The notes under the pieces: generated by a model
What the model was told of the DNA's origin: nothing
The model's input: the letters and a program-made list of their open reading frames with translations, nothing else
The model's database searches: none
From: an uncultured Desulfobacter sp.
GTDB taxonomy: Bacteria > Desulfobacterota > Desulfobacteria > Desulfobacterales > Desulfobacteraceae
Direction of reading: 5' to 3'
DNA length: 64,000 nt
Assembly (NCBI GenBank): GCA_963665095.1
Contig: OY762069.1
Span: forward strand, 4,448,001-4,512,000
Position numbers and translations under genes: made by a program
Shown here: positions 17,471 to 28,089 of the stretch, in pieces
Position numbering within the stretch: position 1 is the first letter of the stretch
Layout of the letters: the number at the start of each line of letters is the position of its first letter

Positions 17471-19678
17471 TCAGGCGTTGCCAAATGCATTGTCCGGCAT
17501 GGTCAGTTTAACCGTCGTCCCTGAATGCGAATCTGATAATACAGTAAGGGAAGCACCTATCATTTTAGCCCGGTAATTCATGATCATCAACCCCATACCC
17601 TTGGATTTGAGCCGGGTATCAAATCCTACCCCGTTGTCCTGTATGCTAAGCTCCACCTGATTATCCTCACAGACCATGCGTATGCCTACCTGGTCGGCAT
17701 TTCCATGGCGTACAGCATTCCGTACCGCTTCTCCGGCAATATGGTACAGGTTCAACGTTGTCATATGGTCAAGCACTTCAAGGCCGATGTCCATTTCAAG
17801 ACTGCAGTTTACACCATGAATCATGCGGGTATTTGCCACCAGATCTTCAAGGGCTGTGACAATACCATGATCAAAATAAACCGGGCAAAGTCCCCGGGCA
17901 AGCCTCCGTGTTTTTGAAATCCCCTCCTTGATCAGATCAGAAATCCGGTCACACAGCCCTCCTGCTCCAGGAAAACTGGTATCTGTTTTCTGCTTCATCA
18001 CCTTGACCAACCCCTCAATGCCAATCAGGTGGGGACAAAGATCATCATGAAGATCATTGCCTATGGCCTGACGCTCTTTTTCCCCCGTCTCCATAACCGC
18101 TTTTTCCAGACGCTTAAACTCAGAGACATCCCTTAAAATAACGACCATCCCCATAGCTTTACCGTTTTTATCAAGGTAAACCGACCCCCGGACAGTAACA
18201 TCCACAAGTCTGCCGTCACGGGCTTTGCGTTTAGTTTCTATTCTTGGAATTACTTTTCCTTCAAGGATTAATGTAATGGCATCCATGGTCTCAGCCCAGT
18301 GGGCCTTAGGAACAAAATAATCCATTTTCTTACCAAGACACTCCTCAATGGCATATCCGAAAACTTCTGTAAAAGCAGGGTTCATATAGGTGACAAGGCC
18401 ATTCATGTCATATACCACAATAGGATCAGGCACCGATTCCATCAGGGACCGGTACTTCTCCTCGCTTTCCCCCAAAGCTGTCTGGGCCTGTCGGCGTTCA
18501 CGGATTTCGGCCAGTAAATTTTTATCATAATCTGCCAGGCGATCCATGAACGAGTTGTAATAAAAGGTGAGCTGCCCCACTTCATCACTGGAGATGGGTG
18601 TGACCTCTTTATTTTTAAACCCTCCTGCAATGTCTTCCTTAAATCTGTCCATCAATCGATGGAGCGGACGGGTGATTGTGTCACTTAGCAACGCTGTTAC
18701 AGGAATAAAAATGGCAAGTGCCGCCATGGCCACAACAATAATAATCTGCTTGATGGCAAACAAGGGAAACTGGATTTCATCAAGGTAGGATGAAGAGGCA
18801 ACAATCCATTGAAAATCTTTAATATAATTGAAAAATATCAACTTTTCTCGGAATCGTTCCTCACCAGGATTTTTCCATAAATATCGAAGTTTTCCGTTTT
18901 TCTTTTCCAGCATCTGCCTGAAAAAAAGATCTGAAAACCGATCATCGTTAAAAACATTAATACCGGCAAGTTCCGGATGTATTACAATATTCCCCTTAAT
19001 ATCTATCACATAAGAATACCCGGTTTTCCCGAATTTAAAATTAAGAACCCCTTGTTTAAAGTCATCAACATCCACAAGCTTTAAAAACTCTTTGCGATAG
19101 GAAGAGACAGTAATCATCCAGTTCCATGGTTTAAAATAGGTCAGATAAAGCGCCTTTGGACGAGGACGGGGATCCCCTGGATTCTGCCATTCATACTCGA
19201 TGTATCCGTTTTTAATGGCGATCATATCCTGAACAAACCCATGATCCGAAATATCCAGCCCCTCAAGTGCTTTTTGGGGATGCCGCACAACACGACCCTG
19301 ACCATCAAGAATACATACATAACCTGTTAAACCTATGCTCTGGCTTAAAATGACATCCATTCCCATGGTCTGAGCATCAGCCTCTGACAACTCTCCCTTT
19401 AAGAACCGTTTGTACAGATGCTCAATGATTTCGTAATTTTTTTCCGCAACGCCTCTTAACCGATTTTTTACAGCCACGGAAATAGCTGTCTTTAACATGC
19501 TGTGAATGGCTGCGGTGGAATTTTTAAGTTCACTTTCAATACTGGATTCCACGTTCTGTTTCACAATGTGATAAATGATGATGCTGGACAGGCTCATGAT
19601 CACAACAAAACAAAATGAATAGATGATCAGAAGCTTGTAACGGATTGGATAATTTTTTATCAGATCAAAAGGGGTCAT
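17471..19678 (-). CDS. Sensor histidine kinase (Cache, HAMP, PAS, HisKA_3)
   Basis: IGLTGYVCILD and FGKTGYSYVID Cache motifs, HAMP DEVGQL, PAS, DLHDDLCPHL, EAVRNAVRHG, DNGVGF. Confidence 0.93.
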   Translation of the reverse strand: MTPFDLIKNYPIRYKLLIIYSFCFVVIMSLSSIIIYHIVKQNVESSIESELKNSTAAIHSMLKTAISVAVKNRLRGVAEKNYEIIEHLYKRFLKGELSEADAQTMGMDVILSQSIGLTGYVCILDGQGRVVRHPQKALEGLDISDHGFVQDMIAIKNGYIEYEWQNPGDPRPRPKALYLTYFKPWNWMITVSSYRKEFLKLVDVDDFKQGVLNFKFGKTGYSYVIDIKGNIVIHPELAGINVFNDDRFSDLFFRQMLEKKNGKLRYLWKNPGEERFREKLIFFNYIKDFQWIVASSSYLDEIQFPLFAIKQIIIVVAMAALAIFIPVTALLSDTITRPLHRLMDRFKEDIAGGFKNKEVTPISSDEVGQLTFYYNSFMDRLADYDKNLLAEIRERRQAQTALGESEEKYRSLMESVPDPIVVYDMNGLVTYMNPAFTEVFGYAIEECLGKKMDYFVPKAHWAETMDAITLILEGKVIPRIETKRKARDGRLVDVTVRGSVYLDKNGKAMGMVVILRDVSEFKRLEKAVMETGEKERQAIGNDLHDDLCPHLIGIEGLVKVMKQKTDTSFPGAGGLCDRISDLIKEGISKTRRLARGLCPVYFDHGIVTALEDLVANTRMIHGVNCSLEMDIGLEVLDHMTTLNLYHIAGEAVRNAVRHGNADQVGIRMVCEDNQVELSIQDNGVGFDTRLKSKGMGLMIMNYRAKMIGASLTVLSDSHSGTTVKLTMPDNAFGNA

Positions 19679-19974
19679 AGTCGGGCATCCTTTTCTTTTT
19701 GGTGTGACGATCTTGGTTTTACCCGGCCGGAAACATGCCAGGAAAAATCAATGACAAAAAAATAAAAGTGCCTTGCAATTGTCCGTTTTTTTTCAGTATA
19801 AAACCGGTTGTGGCAACATTCCTGCCACTGCAGTTCTAATCCTGCTAAAAAGTATTGTCAATGTGTGACTTCTGTCGATAAAACAATCTAATTTTATACC
19901 AGAGCGTTTTTACCGTTCAAAGATATCATTTATAGTCTCGCAACAATTCAACCTATCTGATATGTATACCGAAT

Positions 19975-20014
19975 TAAATGTTTGGACAAAAAGCAATCCA
20001 CCTGCGGCGTTGCT
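19975..20014 (+). repeat. Truncated left end of the TAGTG repeat family
   Basis: TGTTTGGACAAAAAGCAATCCACCTGCGGCGTTGCT matches the start of the 42274 element. Confidence 0.7.
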
Positions 20015-20040
20015 AAAAAAATCGTTAAAAAGGAATTAAG

Positions 20041-21024
20041 ATGCCAAAAGAGATCGCCCATTTTGCCCTGGCCGAAGAGGTGGGTCTTAACCTGCCACAA
20101 GATTCCCTGTTTTTTGACCCGATTCAAAAATTTCCTTTTGTATTCCTGTTGGGTGCGGTGACGCCTGATACTCCTTTTTGTTATCTGGCAGGGCCGAAAA
20201 AAAAACGCATACAGGCATTGAGCCGCCCTTTTCATCAGGCCGGCCCAGAAGCGCTTATGCCGGTGCTCGAATTTCTTGACTCAGACAGAAGGCCTGAAGC
20301 GCTGGCACTGGCAGCCGGTGCGACCTGTCACATTATGTCAGATACTGCGTTTCACCCACTGGTTTATTATTATGCCGGTATGGATAATATTCATAATGGG
20401 GCCACAGCCCGGCATAGATATTTTGAAACAGCTATGGATATTCATTTCAGGCATTTATTTCATGGAAAAACCAACTTATTTAAAATTTTTAGGCGTACGG
20501 AAATATCAGGAACAAAGCTTAATGGACTTCTTAAGGACCTGTTTGGAGTAAAGAGACTGAACAAAACGATTTTAACCTATACCCTTGGGTGGCATGTCCT
20601 GTTGCAATATCTGTTTAGTGCACAGATTCCCCGCCTGATAGCATCCCAACGGGCGAACACTCCCAGTCCGTTGCCTCCTCCTGTGGCCGGATTAGTTTAT
20701 CCGTTTAACAAGCCCTGCAACCTGTCGTTTTTTTCTAATATTTTGCATTACAAACACCCTTGTACACAAGCGATGGTCTCCACAACACTTTCATTCCTGA
20801 TCCGACAGACAGTCACCTCTACATTGGCGGTTCTGAAAGCCATTGAGCAGGCAATGATTCAAAATCACGGAGACCGGCAAAATCAGAAAACGGAAACCCT
20901 GGTATTTAAAGATCCAGAATTACCAGACATCAGTCCGGATCTTCCGGCAGAAAGTTTTACTACCTGGCACCAGCAGCATGATATCAGGCCGCTTTTATAT
21001 CAGGGCCTGCCCATACTATTTTAA
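20041..21024 (+). CDS. Zinc-dependent phospholipase C-like family protein
   Basis: MP..AH start, LGAVTPD, CHIMSDTAFHPLVYY, HRYFETAMD. Confidence 0.75.
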   Translation: MPKEIAHFALAEEVGLNLPQDSLFFDPIQKFPFVFLLGAVTPDTPFCYLAGPKKKRIQALSRPFHQAGPEALMPVLEFLDSDRRPEALALAAGATCHIMSDTAFHPLVYYYAGMDNIHNGATARHRYFETAMDIHFRHLFHGKTNLFKIFRRTEISGTKLNGLLKDLFGVKRLNKTILTYTLGWHVLLQYLFSAQIPRLIASQRANTPSPLPPPVAGLVYPFNKPCNLSFFSNILHYKHPCTQAMVSTTLSFLIRQTVTSTLAVLKAIEQAMIQNHGDRQNQKTETLVFKDPELPDISPDLPAESFTTWHQQHDIRPLLYQGLPILF

Positions 21025-21042
21025 CCATGGAGGCTTCAACTT

Positions 21043-22329
21043 ATGAGCGGTACCCGGTCGGACAAAAAGCAGATTTTCGGATGGGTCATGTACGATTTTG
21101 CCAATTCAGCCTACACCACCCTGATCGTGACATTTATTTACGCCACTTACTTTGTGGCGGCCATTGCCCCGGATAAAATTTACGGCACCGCCCTGTGGTC
21201 CCGAGGTGTGACGCTGACAGCTCTTTTAACGGCGTTTCTATCCCCGATCCTAGGCGCGCTTGCCGACCAGGGCCAGTTACGTAAAACCTTTCTTTTCATC
21301 ACCACGATCGTCGGGGCTGCCGGTTCGGCCATGCTGTGGTTTGTAAACCCCGGAGAAATCTTTGCCGCCCTGACCTGGTTTGTTCTCTCCAATCTTGCCT
21401 TTGAACTGGGAATGGTCTTTTACAACGCATTTTTGCCGGATATCTCCAACGAAAAAAACATTGGGCGCATCTCAGGAATCGGGTGGGGTGTGGGCTATAT
21501 CGGCGGACTGATTGCCATGTTTGTTGCCATGGCCGGTTTTATCAACCCGGAGGTTCCCTGGTTTGGTCTTTCCAAGGAAACCGGGGCAAATATCCGGGCC
21601 ACCTGCCTTTTAGTGGCGCTTTGGTACAGTCTTTTTTCCATCCCGTTATTTCTGTTTGTGAAATCCAGGTCCAAAGATAGAACCAAATCCCCAGATAAGA
21701 TCACCATTGTACGAGACGCGTTTGCAGATCTTGGCACAACGTTTAAAGACATTCAGTCTTACCGAGAAATCGTCAAGCTGCTTGTGGCCAGAATGATTTA
21801 TAATGACGGGCTTGTCACAATTTTCGCCTTTGGCGGCATCTATGCGGCAGGCACTTTTGGGTTTACGTTTAAAGAGATCATGATATTCGGCATTGTTCTT
21901 AATGTAGCAGCCGGCACAGGGGCGCTGATCATGGGAATTTTTGACGACAAGCTGGGAGGAAAAACCACCATCCAGATATCCAATATCATTCTGGCCCTGG
22001 CCGCACTTCTGGCAGTGCTGGCCCCTGATAAGACCCTGTTCTGGGTGGCCGGCGTGCTGGTGGGCTTTTTTGCAGGGCCCAATCAAAGCGCCAGCCGATC
22101 ACTTTTAGGGCGTTTCGTGCCAAAGGAAAAAGAAAATCAGTTCTTTGGTTTTTTTGCCTTTTCAGGAAAGTTGACCGCCTTTTTTGGGCCGCTGTTTCTA
22201 GGCATTTTAACCTCGGCTTTTGACTCCCAGAGAGCTGGGGTAAGCGTGGTGGTGGTCTTTTTTATTGTCGGCGGAATTATTTTATCCAGTGTAGATGAAC
22301 AAAAAGGAAAATCTGCCGCAGGAAAGTAA
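21043..22329 (+). CDS. MFS transporter (UMF1/Atg22-like)
   Basis: GWVMYDFANSAY, FYNAFLPDI, GRISGIGWGVGYIGG, QSASRSLL; 12 TM helices. Confidence 0.9.
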   Translation: MSGTRSDKKQIFGWVMYDFANSAYTTLIVTFIYATYFVAAIAPDKIYGTALWSRGVTLTALLTAFLSPILGALADQGQLRKTFLFITTIVGAAGSAMLWFVNPGEIFAALTWFVLSNLAFELGMVFYNAFLPDISNEKNIGRISGIGWGVGYIGGLIAMFVAMAGFINPEVPWFGLSKETGANIRATCLLVALWYSLFSIPLFLFVKSRSKDRTKSPDKITIVRDAFADLGTTFKDIQSYREIVKLLVARMIYNDGLVTIFAFGGIYAAGTFGFTFKEIMIFGIVLNVAAGTGALIMGIFDDKLGGKTTIQISNIILALAALLAVLAPDKTLFWVAGVLVGFFAGPNQSASRSLLGRFVPKEKENQFFGFFAFSGKLTAFFGPLFLGILTSAFDSQRAGVSVVVVFFIVGGIILSSVDEQKGKSAAGK

Positions 22330-22700
22330 GGCCCGCAGTTAAAAAGATCTTTCGGATTCAGGTCCATGAACTCGTCTGTGGAGATGGTGATGTCGGCCTT
22401 CCCTTTATGGGTTAGGGTTTTATTCAGGCGCAGCCCAGCCGCCGGCGGCCGGAACCTGCCTTCATGGACACCAGCGGCCTTGGCAGGCGGATAGGGATCG
22501 CCTATATCTCCACGACATAGGTTCTATTTTTTCAACCGGCAGAAAAAACGGCTTGGCACCCAGAACCTTGAGCAGGGGAAGAGAATCAATAAACAGGCAG
22601 CCCTGTTCCTGCATCTTTTACCGGCAGTTTTTGACGGAGCCGTTTATCAGTAACCGGATCTGCCTGGTTGAGTTATCAGTTGTTTTACATTAAAAAGGTA

Positions 22701-24092
22701 TCAGGTCTCAATAACCCTCATAGTCTTCCACTTGCCGCCCCTGAAACGAACCAGAAAGGCCATGCTCATCAGCATAATATAACCCGTCACAACACCCCAT
22801 GCGGTATAGAGCCCAAAATTGAAAACACCCAGCGTAACATAACTGGGCAGGGCCAGGGCAAATATGGAGAGCCCTACCACCATAAACATGGAAAACTGTG
22901 TATCCCCTGCCCCCCTGATACCCGACGAAAATATCACGTATACGGTATCAAACAGAGAGAAGACCGCCACAAACCGTAGTAGAACCCCGGCAATTCCCAC
23001 AACCGGCACCATGCTGACCGCATCGGCATTTACCAGAAACGGCCAGAAAAGGATATTAGGGATGGAAATCAAGGCAGTTACCATAAACAACATATAGATA
23101 AACGTAATACTGAATCCCGAATAAACACATTGCTCCGCCAAATCGGGTCTGTTTTTCCCGACTTTCTGACCGACCAGCACGGAAACCGCCATGCCGAATC
23201 CAAGCATGGGCAGGAAACCAAGGGACTCAATGTTAAATGCCAGATTTGTTGCCGCCAGCTCCAGGGTCCCTAATCTGCCAACCAGTAATGTAAACGCGGC
23301 AAAACACATATGCTCCACCAGGAACGGAATTCCGTTCGGCAGGCCGAAGCGGAGAAGCCGGGAAAACAATTCCTTGTCAGGCCGCCATCCGGACAAGGTG
23401 TGAAACGTTCTGTTGTTTTCTTTGCGGCAGATAATCACCAGGTACACACACAGCGAAAACAGACCGGAGATCACTGTTGCCAGGCCTGCACCGGCAATTC
23501 CCATTTCAGGAAATCCTAGATGGCCGAAGATCATAATATAATTGAAGATCATATTCACGCATGTGGCGGACAGATTCACCCAGACAATGGGCCAGGCTTT
23601 ACCCCGCCCGGAATAAAATGAGGAAAACGCCATACTGCCCACCGCCGGCCCCACACCAAGACAGAGCATGCGGAAATAGGCAGCCTCAAGATCCGCCACA
23701 ACAGGCTCATGCCCTATCAGGTTAAAGAATGGGCCTGCCAGGGGAATGAGTATCAGATGCGTGACTGCGGCAATTACCGCGATATAAGCGCCCTGCCACA
23801 AAACCGGTCCTATGCGGTGATACCGCCCTGCACCGAAATATTGGGCCACAAATGTACTGGTATAACCGGCTGTTCCGAAAAAAAAGCCCATGATCGTAAA
23901 ATTTAAAACACCTGCCGGCATGGCCGCAGCAAGGGCCTTGGCCGAGTACCAGGTCAGAAACATGCGGTCAAAAAAATGCTGTAGCGCCCAGGCACCGGTA
24001 CTTAAGACCAGGGGAAATGCTATAATAAGAAGCTCCCTGTATCCCCCTTCAATATGCCACCGCTGTTTTATCTGCTGCAAAAAAGAGATCAT
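22701..24092 (-). CDS. MATE family efflux transporter
   Basis: DRMFL, GFPEMGIAGAGLAT, LVGQKVG, RGAGDT; 463 aa. Confidence 0.93.
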   Translation of the reverse strand: MISFLQQIKQRWHIEGGYRELLIIAFPLVLSTGAWALQHFFDRMFLTWYSAKALAAAMPAGVLNFTIMGFFFGTAGYTSTFVAQYFGAGRYHRIGPVLWQGAYIAVIAAVTHLILIPLAGPFFNLIGHEPVVADLEAAYFRMLCLGVGPAVGSMAFSSFYSGRGKAWPIVWVNLSATCVNMIFNYIMIFGHLGFPEMGIAGAGLATVISGLFSLCVYLVIICRKENNRTFHTLSGWRPDKELFSRLLRFGLPNGIPFLVEHMCFAAFTLLVGRLGTLELAATNLAFNIESLGFLPMLGFGMAVSVLVGQKVGKNRPDLAEQCVYSGFSITFIYMLFMVTALISIPNILFWPFLVNADAVSMVPVVGIAGVLLRFVAVFSLFDTVYVIFSSGIRGAGDTQFSMFMVVGLSIFALALPSYVTLGVFNFGLYTAWGVVTGYIMLMSMAFLVRFRGGKWKTMRVIET

Positions 24093-24122
24093 CTGTAACT
24101 TTTCCTTTGCCCGAAAAAAAAT

Positions 24123-24153
24123 GGCCCTGCTGATTTAAGCAGGGCCGTTTTTT
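24123..24153. terminator. Bidirectional terminator-like hairpin
   Basis: GGCCCTGCT-GATTTA-AGCAGGGCC flanked by A and T runs. Confidence 0.65.
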
Positions 24154-24415
24154 TCAATGAATTATATTAAAAGCTATCTTACAAATATCCCCACTTTCGG
24201 GTCTTCATTCCTGCTTTGACAGGAAAAAATGATATTTGTAATTGATGATGCATTAAATTATCCTTTATTTAGTATAGATTCAGATCTATCCATAAATGCG
24301 ATTTATTGTAAAGTCAACAAAAAACAAAGCCAAACGAGTCATTCAATCAACACTCATGACGCCCCCCTTCAGTAATTTCCTGAAGGCAGTACCCCCTTTC
24401 CTCCCGTTGATAGAT

Positions 24416-25435
24416 TTATTTTTGATTGGCTTGATTTTTCAAATAGAATTTTTCAGCCAGACTTCCAGTCATTTCAGCCACCTTGTTGCTTATATCCCAG
24501 AGATCCTCTTTGCACATTTTGCTTTCAGCACTTACAATGATGCCTGTCTTGACTTCAATAATTCTTGAATCGACTCTCAGTTCATGCTGAAGCTTCATGA
24601 CCGATCCGGCAATTATTGCATCAGCGCCTAAAAGTTTTCCTAATTGCTGGGCCTCACTTGTGTCTATAATTCCACTCTGCCCGATGGCGATTTCATCAAC
24701 CACTTTCTTCAGCTGCTCTCGTTCAATAATTTTAAATGCTTCACCGTTGACTATTTCCGTTGTAAACAGCTCCGATATCATCTTGCCTAAAAAATGTTTA
24801 TCCTCATTAATGCCGATACACTGAAATTCTACCACGGCTATTTTGAATTGATTTTCATTGGCCCTTATATTGTATTTCGGCTTATGCCCTGGAGCATCCT
24901 GCAAGAAATTATTGCCCCCCAAACGCATACCGCGGGCTGATAGTTCCTGTTCTAACAACCCTAACTGCGAACGGCTATCAGCAACCAGAAATTTTTTCTC
25001 ACTAATAAGATGATCACCTAAATATGCTTTGACTATCCATAAACCGCTTTCTCTATTTTCCTTCCGTAAACTCAACCTCCCCCACATTTTCCAGTGGGAG
25101 TCTTTTGGCGTTCATTTTATACATGATGATTTAATTAGCGTTAATTTCGGCCCGAACCACTCCCACTTAGGTGTGTAACTTGTATTTGGAACCGAATCAA
25201 AACACTCAGTAAAAAGGAAAACCGCCTCATCTTCACTTTTGACAAATTTGTTCGTAACATCTATGGGCTTATAAGACCCTGTCTTGGTAATATAGCCTTT
25301 GCAAAGAACAGATGTAAATTGATTGGGCTTCCGGATTTCAGACTGTGCTGAACGTTTAAGGTTTTTGTTGACTGTGCATGAGGCGAACACGAATAACAAA
25401 ATCGCAATTAAAGTGATATAATATCGTCGATACAT
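24416..25435 (-). CDS. Lipoprotein with C-terminal CsgG/FlgO-like domain, interrupted by one in-frame TGA (selenocysteine candidate or nonsense pseudogene)
   Basis: ORFs 25112..25561 and 24416..25087 share a frame: SSCIK-TGA-TPKDSHWKMWGR; RBS GGGAGG before MYRR, lipobox FASC; C-terminal IAVVEF...IIEREQL...GKLLGADAIIAGSV. Confidence 0.7.
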
Positions 25436-25610
25436 ATTGCCTCCCGGGAAATTCATAGAAGCCAAAAAATCCTGAAACACTATGAATTTATGGGGTTGAT
25501 ATTTAATACCGGATACAAATTTGTTGATGCTTATTTGTATTAATATAATGTAACGGCTCAAATGGCAAGCGATTCCCCTTGATCAAACACCACAGAGACC
25601 AGTTCGTGAG

Positions 25611-27458
25611 TTATTGTTTCATCTTTGCCCAATACCCTATGGATGATGACAGGGCAACAACCAGAATAGACCCGGCATTGTGTGTCACAGCGCCCCAGAC
25701 CGGTGTCAGCCATCCCATGAACCCGGCAAAGACTGACACCAGGTTTATTAAAAAACTCAGCGCAATGTTGATTTGAATTACCCGGCTCATGGTCCGTCCA
25801 AGGGAGAAAAGATACCCAAGGCGGTCCAGCCGGTCATTCATCAGGACGATATCCGCGGTTTCAAGGGCGGCATCTGATCCGTTCAGCCCCATGGCAATCC
25901 CGATGTCTGCAGCTTTAAGCGCCGGAGCATCATTGATCCCGTCACCCACATAGACCAGCATTCCCCTATCATAAGCCTGGATCCGGTTAAGCTTGTCCGA
26001 CGGAGACTGGCGGGACCAGACCGTATCAATCCCGATCCGGCGGCAAAGATTTCTTGCCGGGGTATCCTGGTCTCCGGAGACCACGGCAATATCCTTGATT
26101 CCCCGTGCCTTCAGTGTCTTTACGACCAGCTCTGCTGCCGGCCGTTCCTGGTCCTCCATACAGATATACCCTGAAACGGTTTGATCCATCTTCACCTCAA
26201 CCGTAGTATATCCTTTTTCAGAGAACCTATCGGTTGTAGTGATTTCAACAAGCTTGCCGGCCACGGTCCCCTTCACACCCAGACCGGGGACACTGACTAC
26301 ATCAAAGGCATCCGGAACCTGCAGGGAGAGTTGCCCGGCCTTTCTTAGTATGGCCCGGGCAAGAGGATGGTTCATTTTTGCCTCCAGGGCAGCTGCGGTC
26401 TCAAGCAGGCTTGTTTCATCCATTCCCGAGCCTTCTGGAATGACGTGTTTCACCTCTGGAGCACCTCTGGTCAGGGTGCCGGTTTTATCAAAAAAGATCC
26501 CTGTGGCCCTGGCAAGATTTTCCAGATAGATCCCGCCTTTGACCAGGATTCCCTCCTTGGCAGCCTGCCCAATGGCTGCCACCGTGGCCACCGGACCCGC
26601 CAAAAGAAATGAGCAGGGGCATCCCACGATGAGCACGGTGATGGCCCGTTCAATATCCCGGGTCAGCACGAAAGCCAAAAATGCACTGAAAAGAATAACA
26701 GGGGTAAACCATCTGGCATACTGGTCAACAATTCTGGCAGACCGGACCTTTGACTGCTCGGCAGCCGATACCATTGAGATGATTTTGCCCATGGTGGAGT
26801 CCTGGCCAACCTTTTCCGCCCGCACCCGGATAAACCCGTCGGTGCTTACGGTACCGGCCCAGACCTCATCACCCTTTGCCTTTGACTTGGGCACAGGCTC
26901 TCCTGTCACCGCAGACTCATCCACGGCACAGCCACCCGCCATCACCACCCCGTCAACCGGGATCATGCTCCCTGGTTTTACAAGGACCACATCGCCCCTG
27001 GCCACGGCAGAAACATTTACTGTTTTTTCCCTGCCATTGTCTTCAATTACGGCCGTATTCGGTGACAGCTTGACCAAATCCTCTATGGCATGACGGGCAG
27101 AATCACTGACGGCCTCTTCCACCAGGGCACCAGCCACCATGATGGCAGAGACCACAGCCGCCTCCAGAAAATGACCGCTGGCAAGACAGGCAATAATCGC
27201 GATGGAAACCAGCTCATCCACATTCATTCGTCGCTTTGCAATGCCTTTAGCCGCTTCAATGATGATAGGCATTCCATTTACCAGCACAGATAAAAGAAAA
27301 AAAATTTCCGTCACACTTACTACCGGCAGCCCTTTTACCGGAATAAGCCCGGCCAGGAAACCTACGGGAATCAGGGCGGCTCCCACAGCGGTCTTTATAA
27401 AATCTTCTGATGAAAAAATCTCTTTATACACATTTAGATTTGCATGTCTTCTGATCAT
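25611..27458 (-). CDS. Heavy-metal-translocating P1B-type ATPase
   Basis: TGE, CPC, DKTGT, HPLA, GDGINDAP; no N-terminal CxxC HMA domain. Confidence 0.95.
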   Translation of the reverse strand: MIRRHANLNVYKEIFSSEDFIKTAVGAALIPVGFLAGLIPVKGLPVVSVTEIFFLLSVLVNGMPIIIEAAKGIAKRRMNVDELVSIAIIACLASGHFLEAAVVSAIMVAGALVEEAVSDSARHAIEDLVKLSPNTAVIEDNGREKTVNVSAVARGDVVLVKPGSMIPVDGVVMAGGCAVDESAVTGEPVPKSKAKGDEVWAGTVSTDGFIRVRAEKVGQDSTMGKIISMVSAAEQSKVRSARIVDQYARWFTPVILFSAFLAFVLTRDIERAITVLIVGCPCSFLLAGPVATVAAIGQAAKEGILVKGGIYLENLARATGIFFDKTGTLTRGAPEVKHVIPEGSGMDETSLLETAAALEAKMNHPLARAILRKAGQLSLQVPDAFDVVSVPGLGVKGTVAGKLVEITTTDRFSEKGYTTVEVKMDQTVSGYICMEDQERPAAELVVKTLKARGIKDIAVVSGDQDTPARNLCRRIGIDTVWSRQSPSDKLNRIQAYDRGMLVYVGDGINDAPALKAADIGIAMGLNGSDAALETADIVLMNDRLDRLGYLFSLGRTMSRVIQINIALSFLINLVSVFAGFMGWLTPVWGAVTHNAGSILVVALSSSIGYWAKMKQ

Positions 27459-27642
27459 TTTCAGCCCCTATTGTTCGAGTGTCAAAAAATACATTCCTCA
27501 ATCTATACGACGATCTAAATATATGTATATTGGTTGAATGTCAAATAGTTTGAAACCCAAATCTTATGTCCATTGTCTGAAACAGGTGATCATGATAAAA
27601 AAACAACAATTATAAAGACAAATATCTAAATATAAAAAGGTC

Positions 27643-28065
27643 ATGCGCACTATGGATTTAAATCATCTTTCAAAAATTATTGTGGAGTTTTTCGAAAAGT
27701 TATCTTCCTGGGAGGATGCCGTTGTCCGGGACACCGGATTAACCACTGCCCAGGCCCACACCATTGAAATCGTCGGGCACTCCGGCCCCATTAAAATGAA
27801 GGATCTTGCCCACAAGATAGGCGTCACAACCGGCACCCTGACCGTGGCGGTGGACAAACTTGAGAATAAAGATCTGCTGGAGCGCAAACCCTGCGAAACA
27901 GACCGCAGGGCCTACCTCATTGAACTGACAGAAGCCGGAAGAGCCTACTTTAAACAGCACCACAATTTTCACATCAAAATGACCCAGGAAATCGTGGCAG
28001 AGTTAACAGATGAAGAGCAGCAGATTTTTGGCACCATTCTGGAAAAGATGTTGAAAAAAATGTAG
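27643..28065 (+). CDS. MarR family regulator
   Basis: MKDLAHKIGVTTGTLTVAVDKLE, DRRAYLIELT. Confidence 0.92.
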   Translation: MRTMDLNHLSKIIVEFFEKLSSWEDAVVRDTGLTTAQAHTIEIVGHSGPIKMKDLAHKIGVTTGTLTVAVDKLENKDLLERKPCETDRRAYLIELTEAGRAYFKQHHNFHIKMTQEIVAELTDEEQQIFGTILEKMLKKM

Positions 28066-28089
28066 GCCCGTAACAAAACAGGGATCACC

